From the NCBI GenBank assembly GCA_031284015.1, contig JAITAS010000067.1, positions 1 through 56,506 on the forward strand: a DNA stretch of 56,506 nucleotides, written 5' to 3'. The stretch comes from Puniceicoccales bacterium (GTDB lineage Bacteria; Verrucomicrobiota; Verrucomicrobiia; Opitutales; JAIRKQ01). The notes beneath the pieces were generated by a model that made no database searches, was not told the DNA's origin, and was given only the letters and a program-made list of their open reading frames with translations. This document shows positions 11,401 to 21,347 of this stretch, one piece after another. The stretch's first letter is position 1, and the number at the start of each line of letters is the position of its first letter. The translations under genes were made by a program, and so were the position numbers.

Positions 11401-12542
11401 CTTATTCCATTGTTCCCGGTGCTTTACTTTATGTTTCCGATGGTGCAAAGGTAGAAAAAGGTGCTTTGATTGCCATGTGGGATCCGCATAATATGCCGAT
11501 TTTATCGGAAAAGCCGGGTATTATAAATTTCAAAGATATGATTCCTGGAGTAACAATTAAGCGAGATGTTGACGTTGCGACGGGTCGCATGACCATCATT
11601 ATTATTGAACACAAGGATGATTTGAATCCAATGATTGAAATTTTGGCCGGCATCAATGACCAAGGGTTGCCTCCCGACAAAGTGATAGCTACATATTCTA
11701 TCCCGACCGGTGCCCAAGTCACAGTAAACAGTGGCAATGAAGTCCAAGCTGGTGCATTATTGGCAAAAACTTCCCGTTCTGCATCTAAAAACCAAGATAT
11801 TACCGGTGGATTACCAAGAATTGCCGAGTTATTTGAAGCTAGATGTCCAAAGGATGTTGCAGAAATGGCGAAATCGGATGGTATCGTATCTTTTGGTGGT
11901 ACTTTGCGTAATAAACGTCGCATCTTTATTACCGATAGTGAAACGGGCGAAAGGCAAGAACATTTGATTGCCCATGGAAAACATATCATTGTTCATGAGG
12001 GTGACTTTATAAACAAAGGGCAAAGTCTGACGGATGGATCTCCAGATCCCCATGAAATATTGAGCATTTTGGGACCATCAAGTCTACAGGAATATTTGGT
12101 TTCCGAAATTCAAAAGGTTTATAGACTACAGGGCGTCGTCATCAACGATAAACACATAGAAATTATTGTCGCATGTATGTTAAAGAAAGTGCGTGTATTA
12201 GAACCGGGAGATTCTGATTTTTTCTGGGGAGAGCAAATTAGCCGCGATTTATTTATGGCTGAAAACAAAAAAATCATAGATGCCGGGGGAGAACCTGCTA
12301 CCTGTGAACCGATTCTTATGGGCATAACAAAGTCATCCATAGAAACGGATAGTTTTATTGCTGCTGCATCATTCCAAGAAACAACCAAAGTCTTGACGGA
12401 AGCTGCCACCCTTGGGAAATATGATCTTTTAAAGGGATTTAAGGAAAATGTCATCATGGGACACCTGATCCCTGCGGGCACTGGGTTTCCGGAATATCGC
12501 TACCTCAAAGTGAAACATTTGGTACCCCCAGAAGAATCGTAA
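8421..12542 (+). CDS. rpoC: DNA-directed RNA polymerase subunit beta-prime
   Basis: 1373 aa. N-terminal zinc-binding CxCGK...C..CGV motif, catalytic [12 protein letters not shown], and trigger-loop/bridge-helix regions. Confidence 0.99.
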   Translation: MNFAEKTNFKEVKSILGFEDISNYNRVGVSIASPDTIRSWSSGEVKNPETINYRTFKPEPGGLFCQKIFGPVRDYECACGKYKRIKHKGMVCERCGVEVTVSRVRREKMGHIELAVPISHIWFLKSLPSRIGLMLDITAKDLEKVIYYERYMVVDPGVTSLQKCQLLTEKEYSQLQEEYGDDAFEAKIGAEAVRNVLSQIDLQDLIMELQERLRVTHSKQAKKILTKRLKLANGFEESNMRPEWMVLEVLPIIPPDLRPLVPLDGGRFATSDLNDLYRRVINRNNRLKSLLSLKTPDVIIHNEMRMLQEAVDALFDNDKHGKSVVGAGNRPLKSLSEMLKGKQGRFRQNLLGKRVDYSGRSVIVIGPELKIHQCGLPKRMAWVLFEPFIIRRLKELGFVHTVRSARKMIERQAPEVWDILEEITRDHPILLNRAPTLHRLSIQAFEPILIEGDAIRIHPMVCAAFNADFDGDQMAVHVPLSLEAVMEARMLMLAPKNIFSPSSGKPVLVPSQDIVLGCYYLTIDPMVKKDPKAALPLISSVEEALRIDAENILRKHDRVRYVNPDYKQSTRYGNPNAKVIETTLGRIIFNSVFPQPLGFVNSPVAKGKLGDLVINTYKVAGQEIAVKTLDKLKDLGFKEATKAGLSIGIGDMIIPNNKQNVIAAAKKKIADVEMQHKRGIITSGERYNKIVDIWTTATDDIAQMAFESLAKNGGSNDVNSMFLMMDSGARGNRQQVRQLCGMRGLMAKPSGEIIEQPILSSFREGLSVLEYFSSSHGARKGLADTALKTADAGYLTRKLCDVAMDCVIEDHDDGNRNGIWKSAILEGDDEIVSLADRIIGRCSSEDVKNLLDPDEIIVAAGELITADIAKRIEECGIEHVKIMSPLTHMTKSTIPTKAYGINPATNSMVERGTAVGVIAAQSIGEPGIQLTLRTFHVGGVASQVLKSSEYRVRHTGFIKFNGLKMVTTLEKANIVLNKTGSIQIVDPEGHELETYSIVPGALLYVSDGAKVEKGALIAMWDPHNMPILSEKPGIINFKDMIPGVTIKRDVDVATGRMTIIIIEHKDDLNPMIEILAGINDQGLPPDKVIATYSIPTGAQVTVNSGNEVQAGALLAKTSRSASKNQDITGGLPRIAELFEARCPKDVAEMAKSDGIVSFGGTLRNKRRIFITDSETGERQEHLIAHGKHIIVHEGDFINKGQSLTDGSPDPHEILSILGPSSLQEYLVSEIQKVYRLQGVVINDKHIEIIVACMLKKVRVLEPGDSDFFWGEQISRDLFMAENKKIIDAGGEPATCEPILMGITKSSIETDSFIAAASFQETTKVLTEAATLGKYDLLKGFKENVIMGHLIPAGTGFPEYRYLKVKHLVPPEES

Positions 12543-12724
12543 AAGAAATGATTAAACGGGTTACGGTTGTGTTCATTGGTATATGAATGAGCAAAAAAAT
12601 TTTGCAATTTCTATGTCTTTGCATGGACATATTTCCTTTTTCGCCCAATATATTTCGTAGATTAATGTTTATTGGTTCTGAAAGGTAAATTACGCTATAT
12701 CACATTTTAGTCGTATTTGGATAT

Positions 12725-14626
12725 TTGTTGGCACGCATGCCCAAGTGTATTATTCGGTTACTATGTGTTATTTGTGGGAGTATTGCCATGTTTGTAATAC
12801 CTTTCCGCAGGCGACTCGTGTTGTCAAATCTATATTACGCTTTTCCTAATCGGAGTGCACTGTGGCGTAGGAAAATTTGTCGAGAAAATTTTTTTCGGCT
12901 CATAGAACTTGGCCTATTAAGTATTGCCGGAAATTTTCTCAGTAAGCGAAGAATAAAAGCAGATTTTAAATTGAGCGAAGAACATAAAAAAGTCACTAAG
13001 CAAATTTTAACGGAGAAACGGGGGGCCATTATCCTGATACCCCACTTTACCCTAATGGAAGCCATGACACTTTTCCCAAAAATAGTAGATGACATCGAAT
13101 GGCCTGAAGTGGGTGTCATTTATCGACCATTCGACAATCCATCGTTGGAAAAGTTTATAAAACATATTCGTGAAGGAAGTGGTCTGAAGCTGATTTCTCG
13201 GAAAAAAGGAATATTCGAAGCGATGCGGATTTTAAACAATGGGGGAGTGGTAACGTTGCTATTTGATCAAAATGCTGGTGATAGTGGTCATCGCATGATG
13301 TTTTTCAATCGGGTAATTGCATCGACGGATTTACCAGCTCTGCTATATCAAAAATTTAAAGTCCCCGTTTATTTTCTCTACCCCAAAAGAGTCGGGTTTT
13401 GGCAAACAAACCTCAAGCTTAAAAAGCTAAATTTTGATGAAAACGATCCCAAGACGATCCTATTTGCTGCGAACAAACATTTGGAGGAACTTTTAACAAG
13501 AAATGAAAATACCTGTTCCGACTGGCTATGGGCTCATGATAGGTGGAAAGTGGCAGTTGGTGACGCAAAAAACTTAGTAAAGCGGAGGTGTAAATGGTTG
13601 GCACAGTCTCAAAGATACTTAAATATCAAGCCAGATGCAGATGCAATAGTAAACTTTCGTGTTACGGTACGTATGCCAAATTGGTTAGGGGATGTTATCA
13701 TGGCAGTAGCTGTGCTGCGTACGCTGAAACATTACCGTCCCGATATGGAACTAATTTTGATTTGTCAGGAACAATTCGTTGATTTTCTTACCGGATTGAA
13801 AATTGCCGATAGAGTAGCACAATTGCCCGAAAAAAATTTCAAATATTTTCTTAATATCTTGAAAATGAGAGATGTTTGTCCATATCCGGATGTTCATATT
13901 TCACTTGTTAACTCATTGCGTGGTGACATTGAGGCGGTTTTGATGGGAGCTCCTAAGAGAATAGGAACAGACACAAAAAATAGGTTTTATAGAAAAATTT
14001 TCATCAACAACTTGTATGAAAATGATATCGACATTGAATCTTTGCATCAGACAAAATTATGGGAAAATGCATTGAATAAGTTTGGGATTGAATGTGAAAG
14101 TAAACTTTCCCCATTCAAATTGTGTACGAATATGGGAATTGTACCAAAAGCCAAATACTTAATTGGAATGGTATGTGGTTGTGTAAACACCCCACGCAAA
14201 CGTTGGCCTGCCAAATCTTGGAGGATTCTAATCGAAAGAATTTATGTGGAATATAAGGATGTGCATGTAAATTTGTATGGTACAAAAGCAGATGCAAGGT
14301 TTGTGGATGAAATTTCTTTTCTTCTCAACCGGGAAAAATTTTCAAATTTAACCGGCAAAACAAGCATACTTGAATTGGCAGACTATATGCAGAGAGATGA
14401 CCTAATAGTTGCCATTGACACGGGAGGAATGCATCTTGCAAATATGTTCGGTTGCCAATTGGTTTGCATATATGGTGTTACCAATCCTCTTATTAATGGA
14501 CCAATATTTAATTCCAATAAAATAATCGTCATGCCTGATAGTTGTCCCGAAAAAGGTGGTTTTCTGACGGAAGATATTAGCATAGAATCTGTTTTCAAGG
14601 CCATTCAACTGATATTAAAAAGGTGA
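12725..14626 (+). CDS. Fusion protein: lipid A late acyltransferase (LpxL/HtrB family) N-terminal domain plus glycosyltransferase family 9 (heptosyltransferase-like) C-terminal domain
   Basis: 633-aa ORF. The N-terminal half has an HX4E acyltransferase motif (PHFTLME) and LpxL-like layout. The C-terminal half has GT9 hallmarks (VRMPNWLGDVIMAVAVLRTLK; AIDTGGMHLANMFGCQLVCIYGVTNP). Starts at TTG 12725; ATG at 12737 is an alternative. Confidence 0.8.
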   Translation: MLARMPKCIIRLLCVICGSIAMFVIPFRRRLVLSNLYYAFPNRSALWRRKICRENFFRLIELGLLSIAGNFLSKRRIKADFKLSEEHKKVTKQILTEKRGAIILIPHFTLMEAMTLFPKIVDDIEWPEVGVIYRPFDNPSLEKFIKHIREGSGLKLISRKKGIFEAMRILNNGGVVTLLFDQNAGDSGHRMMFFNRVIASTDLPALLYQKFKVPVYFLYPKRVGFWQTNLKLKKLNFDENDPKTILFAANKHLEELLTRNENTCSDWLWAHDRWKVAVGDAKNLVKRRCKWLAQSQRYLNIKPDADAIVNFRVTVRMPNWLGDVIMAVAVLRTLKHYRPDMELILICQEQFVDFLTGLKIADRVAQLPEKNFKYFLNILKMRDVCPYPDVHISLVNSLRGDIEAVLMGAPKRIGTDTKNRFYRKIFINNLYENDIDIESLHQTKLWENALNKFGIECESKLSPFKLCTNMGIVPKAKYLIGMVCGCVNTPRKRWPAKSWRILIERIYVEYKDVHVNLYGTKADARFVDEISFLLNREKFSNLTGKTSILELADYMQRDDLIVAIDTGGMHLANMFGCQLVCIYGVTNPLINGPIFNSNKIIVMPDSCPEKGGFLTEDISIESVFKAIQLILKR

Positions 14627-14657
14627 ATGTGAACACCCTGCTGCAGTTGGTGATGAA

Positions 14658-16055
14658 TCACCCAATTGCCTTTTCCGTTTGCATCTCGATTAGGCGTTTC
14701 ATTTCGATGCTATATTCCATGGGAAATTCTCGTACCAGATCGTTGATGAAACCATTGACACTTAAACTCACTGCTTGGGATTCTGGAATGCCACGCTGTT
14801 GCATATAGAAAATTTGTTCCTCGCTAATTTTTGACACACTGGCTTCGTGTTGGACAATGTTTTTATTGCCAGTAACGTTAATTTTTGGAAAAGTCATAGT
14901 TTTGCTGGTGGGATTTATTAAAAGCGCATCACAGACGGTGTTGTTTTTACAACCCTTCAAACCTTTTGCAATGTTGACCACTCCCCGATAGGATGCCGTG
15001 CCACCGCTGAAGGAAACGGATTTCGAGATAATATTTGAAAAAGTGTTATCGGCAAGATGTATCATTTTGGCACCGGTGTCTTGAACTTGTCCATCAGAAG
15101 CGACCGCTATGGATAAAACTTCACCCTTAGCGTATTTTCCTTTCAGGTAAATTGCTGGATATTTCATCGTTAGACAGGAACCAATGTTACAATCAATCCA
15201 CTTAATTTCTGCATTTTCATAGGCAACGCCTCGTTTGGTTACCAAATTGAAAACATTATTCGACCAGTTCTGCACGGTAATATACTGAATTTTTGCATTT
15301 TTCAGTGCAACGATTTCTACGACTGCGGAGTGTAAAGTGGACGTTTCAAATTTCGGAGCGGTACATCCTTCCAAATATGTTACTTCCGCACCTTCATCTA
15401 TGATAATTAGAGTGCGTTCAAACTGTCCAAACCGTTCCGCATTTATTCGAAAATATGCCTGTAGTGGTTGTTTGACCTGAACATTTTTAGGGACATAAAT
15501 GAAACTACCTCCACTGAAAACTGCGCTGTTTAAAGCACTAAACTTATTATCTGCAATGGAAACGACCGTTCCAAAATATTTTCGAAATATTTCTGGAAAT
15601 TTATTTAATCCCTCCGTTGAATTGACAAAAATTACCCCCTGCTTGTTGAGTTCTTCTTGCATGCGTAAATAGGCTGATTCACTGTCAAACTGTGCTTCAA
15701 CTCCTGCGAGAAATTTTCTTTCTTTCTCTGGCACCCCAAGTCGCTCAAATGTCATTTTCACATCCTGTGGAACATTTTCCCAAGAGGTTTGTGGCAGCCG
15801 GTTATTGGCCAGATAATATCGAATGGTAGAAAAATCTAAATCATAGATATTGCGGTAAGTTACCCACTCTGGCAAAGAAATTTCATAGAACTTTGCCAAT
15901 GCGGTTTTACGAAATTCTCGAATCCAATCGGCATCATTTTTGACATCGGAAATATAATCAATTGTCTGAGCATTTAAACCAACGCCCGCATCATATTTAT
16001 AATCAACGTCGTAGTGAAAATTAGCAGTATCGATTGATTGGTGAAAATCATCCAT
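14658..16055 (-). CDS. sufB: Fe-S cluster assembly scaffold protein SufB
   Basis: 465 aa, SufB-like throughout ([17 protein letters not shown], beta-helix repeats, C-terminal [10 protein letters not shown]). Directly downstream of sufC. Confidence 0.93.
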   Translation of the reverse strand: MDDFHQSIDTANFHYDVDYKYDAGVGLNAQTIDYISDVKNDADWIREFRKTALAKFYEISLPEWVTYRNIYDLDFSTIRYYLANNRLPQTSWENVPQDVKMTFERLGVPEKERKFLAGVEAQFDSESAYLRMQEELNKQGVIFVNSTEGLNKFPEIFRKYFGTVVSIADNKFSALNSAVFSGGSFIYVPKNVQVKQPLQAYFRINAERFGQFERTLIIIDEGAEVTYLEGCTAPKFETSTLHSAVVEIVALKNAKIQYITVQNWSNNVFNLVTKRGVAYENAEIKWIDCNIGSCLTMKYPAIYLKGKYAKGEVLSIAVASDGQVQDTGAKMIHLADNTFSNIISKSVSFSGGTASYRGVVNIAKGLKGCKNNTVCDALLINPTSKTMTFPKINVTGNKNIVQHEASVSKISEEQIFYMQQRGIPESQAVSLSVNGFINDLVREFPMEYSIEMKRLIEMQTEKAIG

Positions 16056-16061
16056 GTTGTT

Positions 16062-16814
16062 TTACAATATATTTTCATCGTTAATGAATTCATAGCCAAA
16101 TTTTTCCAGCCTATCGATGAGTTCAAAGCCTCCGCTTGTGGCAATTTTTCCCCCAGAAATGATATGGACAAAATCTGGTTTTATGTATTCTAAAAGCTTG
16201 TTGTGATGCGTGATTATTATTGCCGCAAAAGTACTATTTCGCATGGCATTGACTGCATTTGAAACGATTTTCAATGCATCGATATCAAGGCCGCTATCCG
16301 TCTCATCAAGGATTGCATACTTAGGCTCGAGCATCATCATTTGTAAAACTTCGCAACGCTTTTTTTCTCCGCCCGAAAAACCCTCATTCAATGGCCGTGA
16401 AGTAAAGGACTTATCAATTTGCAAGATTTCCATTTTAGCATATAAATTTTTATAAAAATCTACCCCATTCAATGGGGTACCCTGAGGTAGTTTTGCTTGA
16501 ATTGCAGCACGGATAAAGTTTGCCAGCGAGATTCCTGGAAGTTCAATGGGGCTTTGAAAAGCCAAAAATAATCCTTGTCTTGCGATTTTATCAGGCGCTT
16601 TTCCAATAATATTTTCCCCATCTAGGATGATGTCTCCCCGTTGAATTTTATATGCCGGATGTCCAGCAATGGCCTTAGTTAGAGAACTTTTCCCGACCCC
16701 ATTTTTCCCAATGAAAGCATGGATTTCCCCCGGAAGAATTTTTAGCGAAAATCCGTCTAATATGATGTTGTCATTTACAGACAATTTCAGATTTTTGATT
16801 TCAAGGGCACACAT
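16062..16814 (-). CDS. sufC: Fe-S cluster assembly ATPase SufC
   Basis: 250 aa. Walker A GKNGVGKSS, ABC signature FSGGEKKR, Walker B ILDETDSGLD. No transmembrane partner gene. Confidence 0.93.
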   Translation of the reverse strand: MCALEIKNLKLSVNDNIILDGFSLKILPGEIHAFIGKNGVGKSSLTKAIAGHPAYKIQRGDIILDGENIIGKAPDKIARQGLFLAFQSPIELPGISLANFIRAAIQAKLPQGTPLNGVDFYKNLYAKMEILQIDKSFTSRPLNEGFSGGEKKRCEVLQMMMLEPKYAILDETDSGLDIDALKIVSNAVNAMRNSTFAAIIITHHNKLLEYIKPDFVHIISGGKIATSGGFELIDRLEKFGYEFINDENIL

Positions 16815-16938
16815 GAACTATGAACTTTTTCAAATGGTTAATCATTAAAAATTTAAACACAACAATTTTGATGGCATGGCGGAGAAAGTAAGCTATTTTC
16901 TACTTGAGAATCCATAAAATTTTTTAAACATCGCCCTA

Positions 16939-17892
16939 ATGGCATTATTTTGCATCATATTGTTTTTAATCATTGGGTTTGTTTTGCTATCGTGTGGAGC
17001 AAAATTTTTTTGCGATTCTACTCTGTGCATTCTGCGTAAATTCAATGTGAATTCAGCCATGGTCGAAATATTTTTGATTTCGATTGGGACTGCAGCTCCT
17101 GACCTCGTGTCGGCCATAACCGCAATCCTGGAAAATCATCCCGACATTGCGATAGGAAACATTGTAGGTAGCAACTTTTCGAATTTGGCGCTCGGGTTTG
17201 GCATAGCATCTCTAGTGACGCCATTTAAGTGCAATAAAAAGATGGTATGGGTGGAGTTTCCTCTATTGTTTTCTCTAACCATGTTTTTTGCCTATTGCTG
17301 CTTTTTAGGACAAATAACACGGTACGCAAGTGCTGCCTTTTTAGCAACATTCGGAATATACCTATTGTTTTCCTTTTTGACTTTGAGAAAGAAATCTAAA
17401 AATGCGCTGGATAAAACGTGTACGGATGAAGAAAATTTTAGCGTATGGTCCATCAAAAAAAGTAGCCTCATCTTTATATCTTCCATTGTTTCCCTAACCA
17501 TTGGTGCCCATTTTGTCGTAACATCCTGCTACCAAATCTCGAACTTTTTTAAAATATCGGAAACGTTTATTGGGTTCTCGCTACTGGCCTTGGGAACAAG
17601 CGCTCCTGAAATTTTTATTGTTATAACGGCAGCTAAACAACGACAATACGCTATTTGCTCCGGAAACATTATTGGTTCGAATTTATTAAATTTGATGTTG
17701 ATAACGGGACTTTGTACCTCCATTCATCCTCTGTATTTTGCGAAAGAATCATTTCATGTGGAAACCTGTGCTCTTATTTTTATAACACTGACCAGTTGGT
17801 ATATTTTTGCGACAAAAAATGTATTTTCAAGGAAATGCGGTTTAATATTTGTGATGACATACTTGCTTGTGGTGTTTTTAGCCCACAAGTAG
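16939..17892 (+). CDS. Ca2+/Na+ antiporter (CaCA / YrbG family)
   Basis: 317-aa polytopic membrane protein with the two alpha-repeat signatures GNIVGSNFSNLALGFG and GNIIGSNLLNLMLITG. Confidence 0.85.
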   Translation: MALFCIILFLIIGFVLLSCGAKFFCDSTLCILRKFNVNSAMVEIFLISIGTAAPDLVSAITAILENHPDIAIGNIVGSNFSNLALGFGIASLVTPFKCNKKMVWVEFPLLFSLTMFFAYCCFLGQITRYASAAFLATFGIYLLFSFLTLRKKSKNALDKTCTDEENFSVWSIKKSSLIFISSIVSLTIGAHFVVTSCYQISNFFKISETFIGFSLLALGTSAPEIFIVITAAKQRQYAICSGNIIGSNLLNLMLITGLCTSIHPLYFAKESFHVETCALIFITLTSWYIFATKNVFSRKCGLIFVMTYLLVVFLAHK

Positions 17893-17928
17893 CGTTTCTA
17901 TGTTGGAACTTGTAAAAATAAGAAAGAT

Positions 17929-18837
17929 TTATGGGGCGGTTTCGTATAAAATCTTTCTATACAATGCCGCATTTTTTTTGTTGCTCTGTACAAGTTTTGA
18001 AGGAATATCCAAAAACTCTACTACCAATGAAAATGTTGATGCAAGGCATTCAAGAATTTGATCGGGATTATTTTTTGTTAACTTGAGTGTATAGTTTGGA
18101 TGTATAGAAATTTGTCTGAAGATGACCGGAATTTCATTTTCATAGAGATTTCGTAGGAAATTTCTGAAAGAATCGGTAAAAGTTGTAAATTTTATCTTGT
18201 AAAGATATGATTTATTTCCTTCTATTTGTCTAACATTGGGTAAAAATACATCACCGTTTTCAAAATAGTTCGAGTAAGGTAAGTCGCTACGTTCGACGGA
18301 TACAATTTTTAGATAGGAAGTCCGCGATTCTAGCAGGTAAGAAAGGAGTAATTTTAGCTGTTCCTGCTGCCGGTGAATATCATAAATTTCATTGGATAGA
18401 GGTTGCTCGTTTTTTTCGAAAAAGTCTTTAAATCCAAAGGAACAAGTTGATTCGAACTCTACACCTAGTGCATCGCAAGACTCTTTTGCCCATGTGAGAT
18501 AATCTGATATCTCAAAGAATACTGCTATGTGATTGGGAGGTAAACTATGGGAATTGCTAGCATATGCTAATTTTGACATATTTCCCCAAGTCTTTGATGC
18601 AAAATTCCTGTATTTAATAATATCTGCTTTGTACTGTCGTTCTTTTTCCAAATGGTCTTGTGGTAATTTCGATCGTTTGGCATTTAGAGAATTTGTTAGG
18701 GCTATAACACTTTCATTTTGTATGATCCTGTTGCGATAGGCATGGAAACAGTTCCTTATAATTAATATTTGGCAAATTACCAATATTGCAATGGTGGTAA
18801 AAAACAAACAATGGCGTCTAAAAAAAAGATTTTTCAT
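17929..18837 (-). CDS. Membrane-anchored PilO/GspM-like protein (possible Amuc_1100-type protein)
   Basis: 302 aa with one N-terminal TM helix (LFFTTIAILVICQILII). Overlaps the stop of the upstream PilM-PilN fusion by 4 nt. The Amuc_1100 resemblance is from memory only. Confidence 0.45.
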   Translation of the reverse strand: MKNLFFRRHCLFFTTIAILVICQILIIRNCFHAYRNRIIQNESVIALTNSLNAKRSKLPQDHLEKERQYKADIIKYRNFASKTWGNMSKLAYASNSHSLPPNHIAVFFEISDYLTWAKESCDALGVEFESTCSFGFKDFFEKNEQPLSNEIYDIHRQQEQLKLLLSYLLESRTSYLKIVSVERSDLPYSNYFENGDVFLPNVRQIEGNKSYLYKIKFTTFTDSFRNFLRNLYENEIPVIFRQISIHPNYTLKLTKNNPDQILECLASTFSLVVEFLDIPSKLVQSNKKNAALYRKILYETAP

Positions 18838-20435
18838 TTTACAAAAATTTCAGATTGTTGCCTTAGTATCATATCAAACGAAAAAGATAAAATATCTTCA
18901 CTCGGTAGAGACATTTGTATGTTTTCAACGCGATCAATTTCTTTTATTTCGTACAATGACGACATAAATTTTTCAATGGCTTTATTGGCTGATTGTTTTA
19001 TTTCACTGTTGCGCATCCATATTTTTGCCGAGACCTTAATTTTATTTTGACCATTACCATCCCTTTGGTCTGCCCAAGTTAAGGACTCTATCCAAGCAGT
19101 TTCTAAGGATTCCATTTTGGATTGAAGTTCATTAAACAGATCTATCCAGGTAGCTTGGGAATACAAGGATGCTTTAGCATTTGTGATAAATGAATGCAAA
19201 ATTTCATGTTCGTCACGCGCTTCTTCATATCTGATAGTATCCGACTTAACTTCAAGAATCTTTGCTTCCAATTGTGACTTCTTGGTTTCAAGGTTTATTA
19301 TGTCTTTTTTTAATATTTTTAATCCCGTCAATATTGACAATGTTATGACAATAAAAACCAGTAAATATCCAAAATGCTGGCGTTGAAATTCCACTTGGCT
19401 TGAAAAATCTACGGAAAACAAATTCAACGACTTCATTTGTTTAGATTGCAAACAATGGGCCGCTCCAACAAACACTCCTATGTTGTTTTTTACAAGTGCC
19501 ACATCTTCTTCACTTAATTTAGAGGCAAACTTGTCTTTAAAAATATCAAATACACTGATATTTTCCATGTCATTGTTACCATTGAAAGTATCATACAAAT
19601 GACTGGCACTGCCTGTCAAATATAACTTTGTTATCGGAGGTTGTTTCAATGTTCTGCAGTAAAACAATTCAGATTTTTTAATTTCTTGGCGCAATTTTTG
19701 AGAAAATTGCTTTAGGTAATATGCCATGAATGCGCGATTTTCATTGTCCTGATTTGAAAAAAAATCCAAAAGCAGGAGTCTGGCCTTTTCGACTGGTACT
19801 TTTTGTGACTCTGCGATAATTTTGATTAGATGCATTCCTGTAATGGGTATACTTCGAAAGTATTCTTCTCCACACCCGATACAGGCCAAATATGATGAAT
19901 TTTGTCCTATGTGTACCAACATAAAATTTGTTGGAGAGTCGGTATATTTTTGAATGGCTGTGGTGTTGAGCACTATTTCGGGACAAATGTACGAAAAGTT
20001 TATTTTATTGCGAATTAGAATGTCGACTATTTGCTCTGAGATTGCCCGTGGAATGGCAACACCAAGGGCATGATTCGATTGGCTGTTATTTTGGTAAATA
20101 TCCAAACACCACTCACTAGTTCCACCTGTAAAGCTATGTTCACACTCGAATTTAAATGCTTCCTGAATACCTTTTTCCGTTACCTCTGGAATTTGAAGAT
20201 GTTTTATAAAAACTTGGTCGTTGGGGGGAATAACCAGCGTTATTTTTTCTCTTGTTTTCTTTGGGATTTGGGACACCGCTTTAGCGAAAGCTTGTAACCA
20301 AATCGCGGTATTGTCCTTAAAATCTTCGTCAGATTTGATTCTATAAGCCTCTGCTTTTACAAAAATTCCCCCGACGTCGATTTCTACTAGTGTAATCGAT
20401 TCTATGCCGCAACGCATTATAACGTTATTAGCCAT
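18834..20435 (-). CDS. PilM-like actin-fold ATPase fused to a PilN-like TM/coiled-coil domain (type IV pilus / T2SS assembly platform)
   Basis: 533 aa. The N-terminal ~340 aa have a PilM/FtsA-like layout. These are followed by a TM helix (YLLVFIVITLSILTGLKIL), a coiled coil and an alpha/beta C-terminal domain. Confidence 0.65.
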   Translation of the reverse strand: MANNVIMRCGIESITLVEIDVGGIFVKAEAYRIKSDEDFKDNTAIWLQAFAKAVSQIPKKTREKITLVIPPNDQVFIKHLQIPEVTEKGIQEAFKFECEHSFTGGTSEWCLDIYQNNSQSNHALGVAIPRAISEQIVDILIRNKINFSYICPEIVLNTTAIQKYTDSPTNFMLVHIGQNSSYLACIGCGEEYFRSIPITGMHLIKIIAESQKVPVEKARLLLLDFFSNQDNENRAFMAYYLKQFSQKLRQEIKKSELFYCRTLKQPPITKLYLTGSASHLYDTFNGNNDMENISVFDIFKDKFASKLSEEDVALVKNNIGVFVGAAHCLQSKQMKSLNLFSVDFSSQVEFQRQHFGYLLVFIVITLSILTGLKILKKDIINLETKKSQLEAKILEVKSDTIRYEEARDEHEILHSFITNAKASLYSQATWIDLFNELQSKMESLETAWIESLTWADQRDGNGQNKIKVSAKIWMRNSEIKQSANKAIEKFMSSLYEIKEIDRVENIQMSLPSEDILSFSFDMILRQQSEIFVK

Positions 20436-20494
20436 CTCTTTAAAATTTTACGCAGGTTGATAAACTTTTCAAGCTATCTTACAATAATTCTTAT

Positions 20495-21229
20495 TTAAAT
20501 GTTTTCAAAAAATGTGGGATTTTTCTCATTAGGGTAATGTTTTTCTTTTCTATCATGTCTTCTAGTTGAAATTAATTGCTCCACGATAAGCATAACGATT
20601 AAAAGTTTTGTCAAATTTCGGCTTGTGCTGATTTTCAGCGTAAGCATGTTTATTCTTTTGTCTCCTACTAGCAAGAGAGAATATATATGCGAGGCAATCG
20701 CGCAAAGCAGCGCTTTAACTCCAAAATTTATGGCACTAAAGTTCGATAAAATTTTACCATACATGCTTTTGTCCGATAAAATTTTTAATTTTTTCTTTCC
20801 ATTGCATGAACCATAGACAAATAGCAACACTACCAGAAATGGTATTATCAGTACAGCTAGAAAAATTTTGATGTTGATTATAGTCATAGGTTATGGAATT
20901 TTTTGCAGCAAAGTATTTTGTAAAAATATTCCCAATAGGAAGCATATAAAGCTTGCCATAATTAGGAAATTATTGCATCGTATGGTGAGCGTTTCCATTA
21001 TAATTATAGGCTCCGCATGCGCTAATAATAGTAGCAATACCGTAAAAATTCTACAATTGATGAAAAAATAAGTTTGAGGTCCTGTGTTTTCTTCGATAAC
21101 TTTTTTTAAAAGTGACACATTTGGAATTAAAATCGATGGTTGACGAACATACTTACAATAGGCCATTTTGATGATTGGGAGAATCAATAAGAATAATAGG
21201 GTATAGGGGTATAAGAAAATTATATTCAT
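20495..21229 (-). pseudogene. Possible remnant of a BatA_N / N-terminal double-TM domain membrane protein, interrupted by an in-frame TAA
   Basis: ORFs 20891..21229 and 20495..20887 share one frame and are separated only by TAA (20891-20893) plus one codon. The N-terminus (MNIIFLYPYTLLFLLILPIIK...second TM ending LLLLAHAEP) resembles the BatA_N/double-TM anchor of much larger PVC proteins. Confidence 0.3.
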
Positions 21230-21347
21230 CTATCTGTGCTCAAACTTATCAAAGCATATATTTTTTGTTGATTTTTACATCTTTGCAATAAAATAATCAC
21301 CCATAGTGGCACATTGACAATTATTTTTTCGAGATGGTCGTATATTT

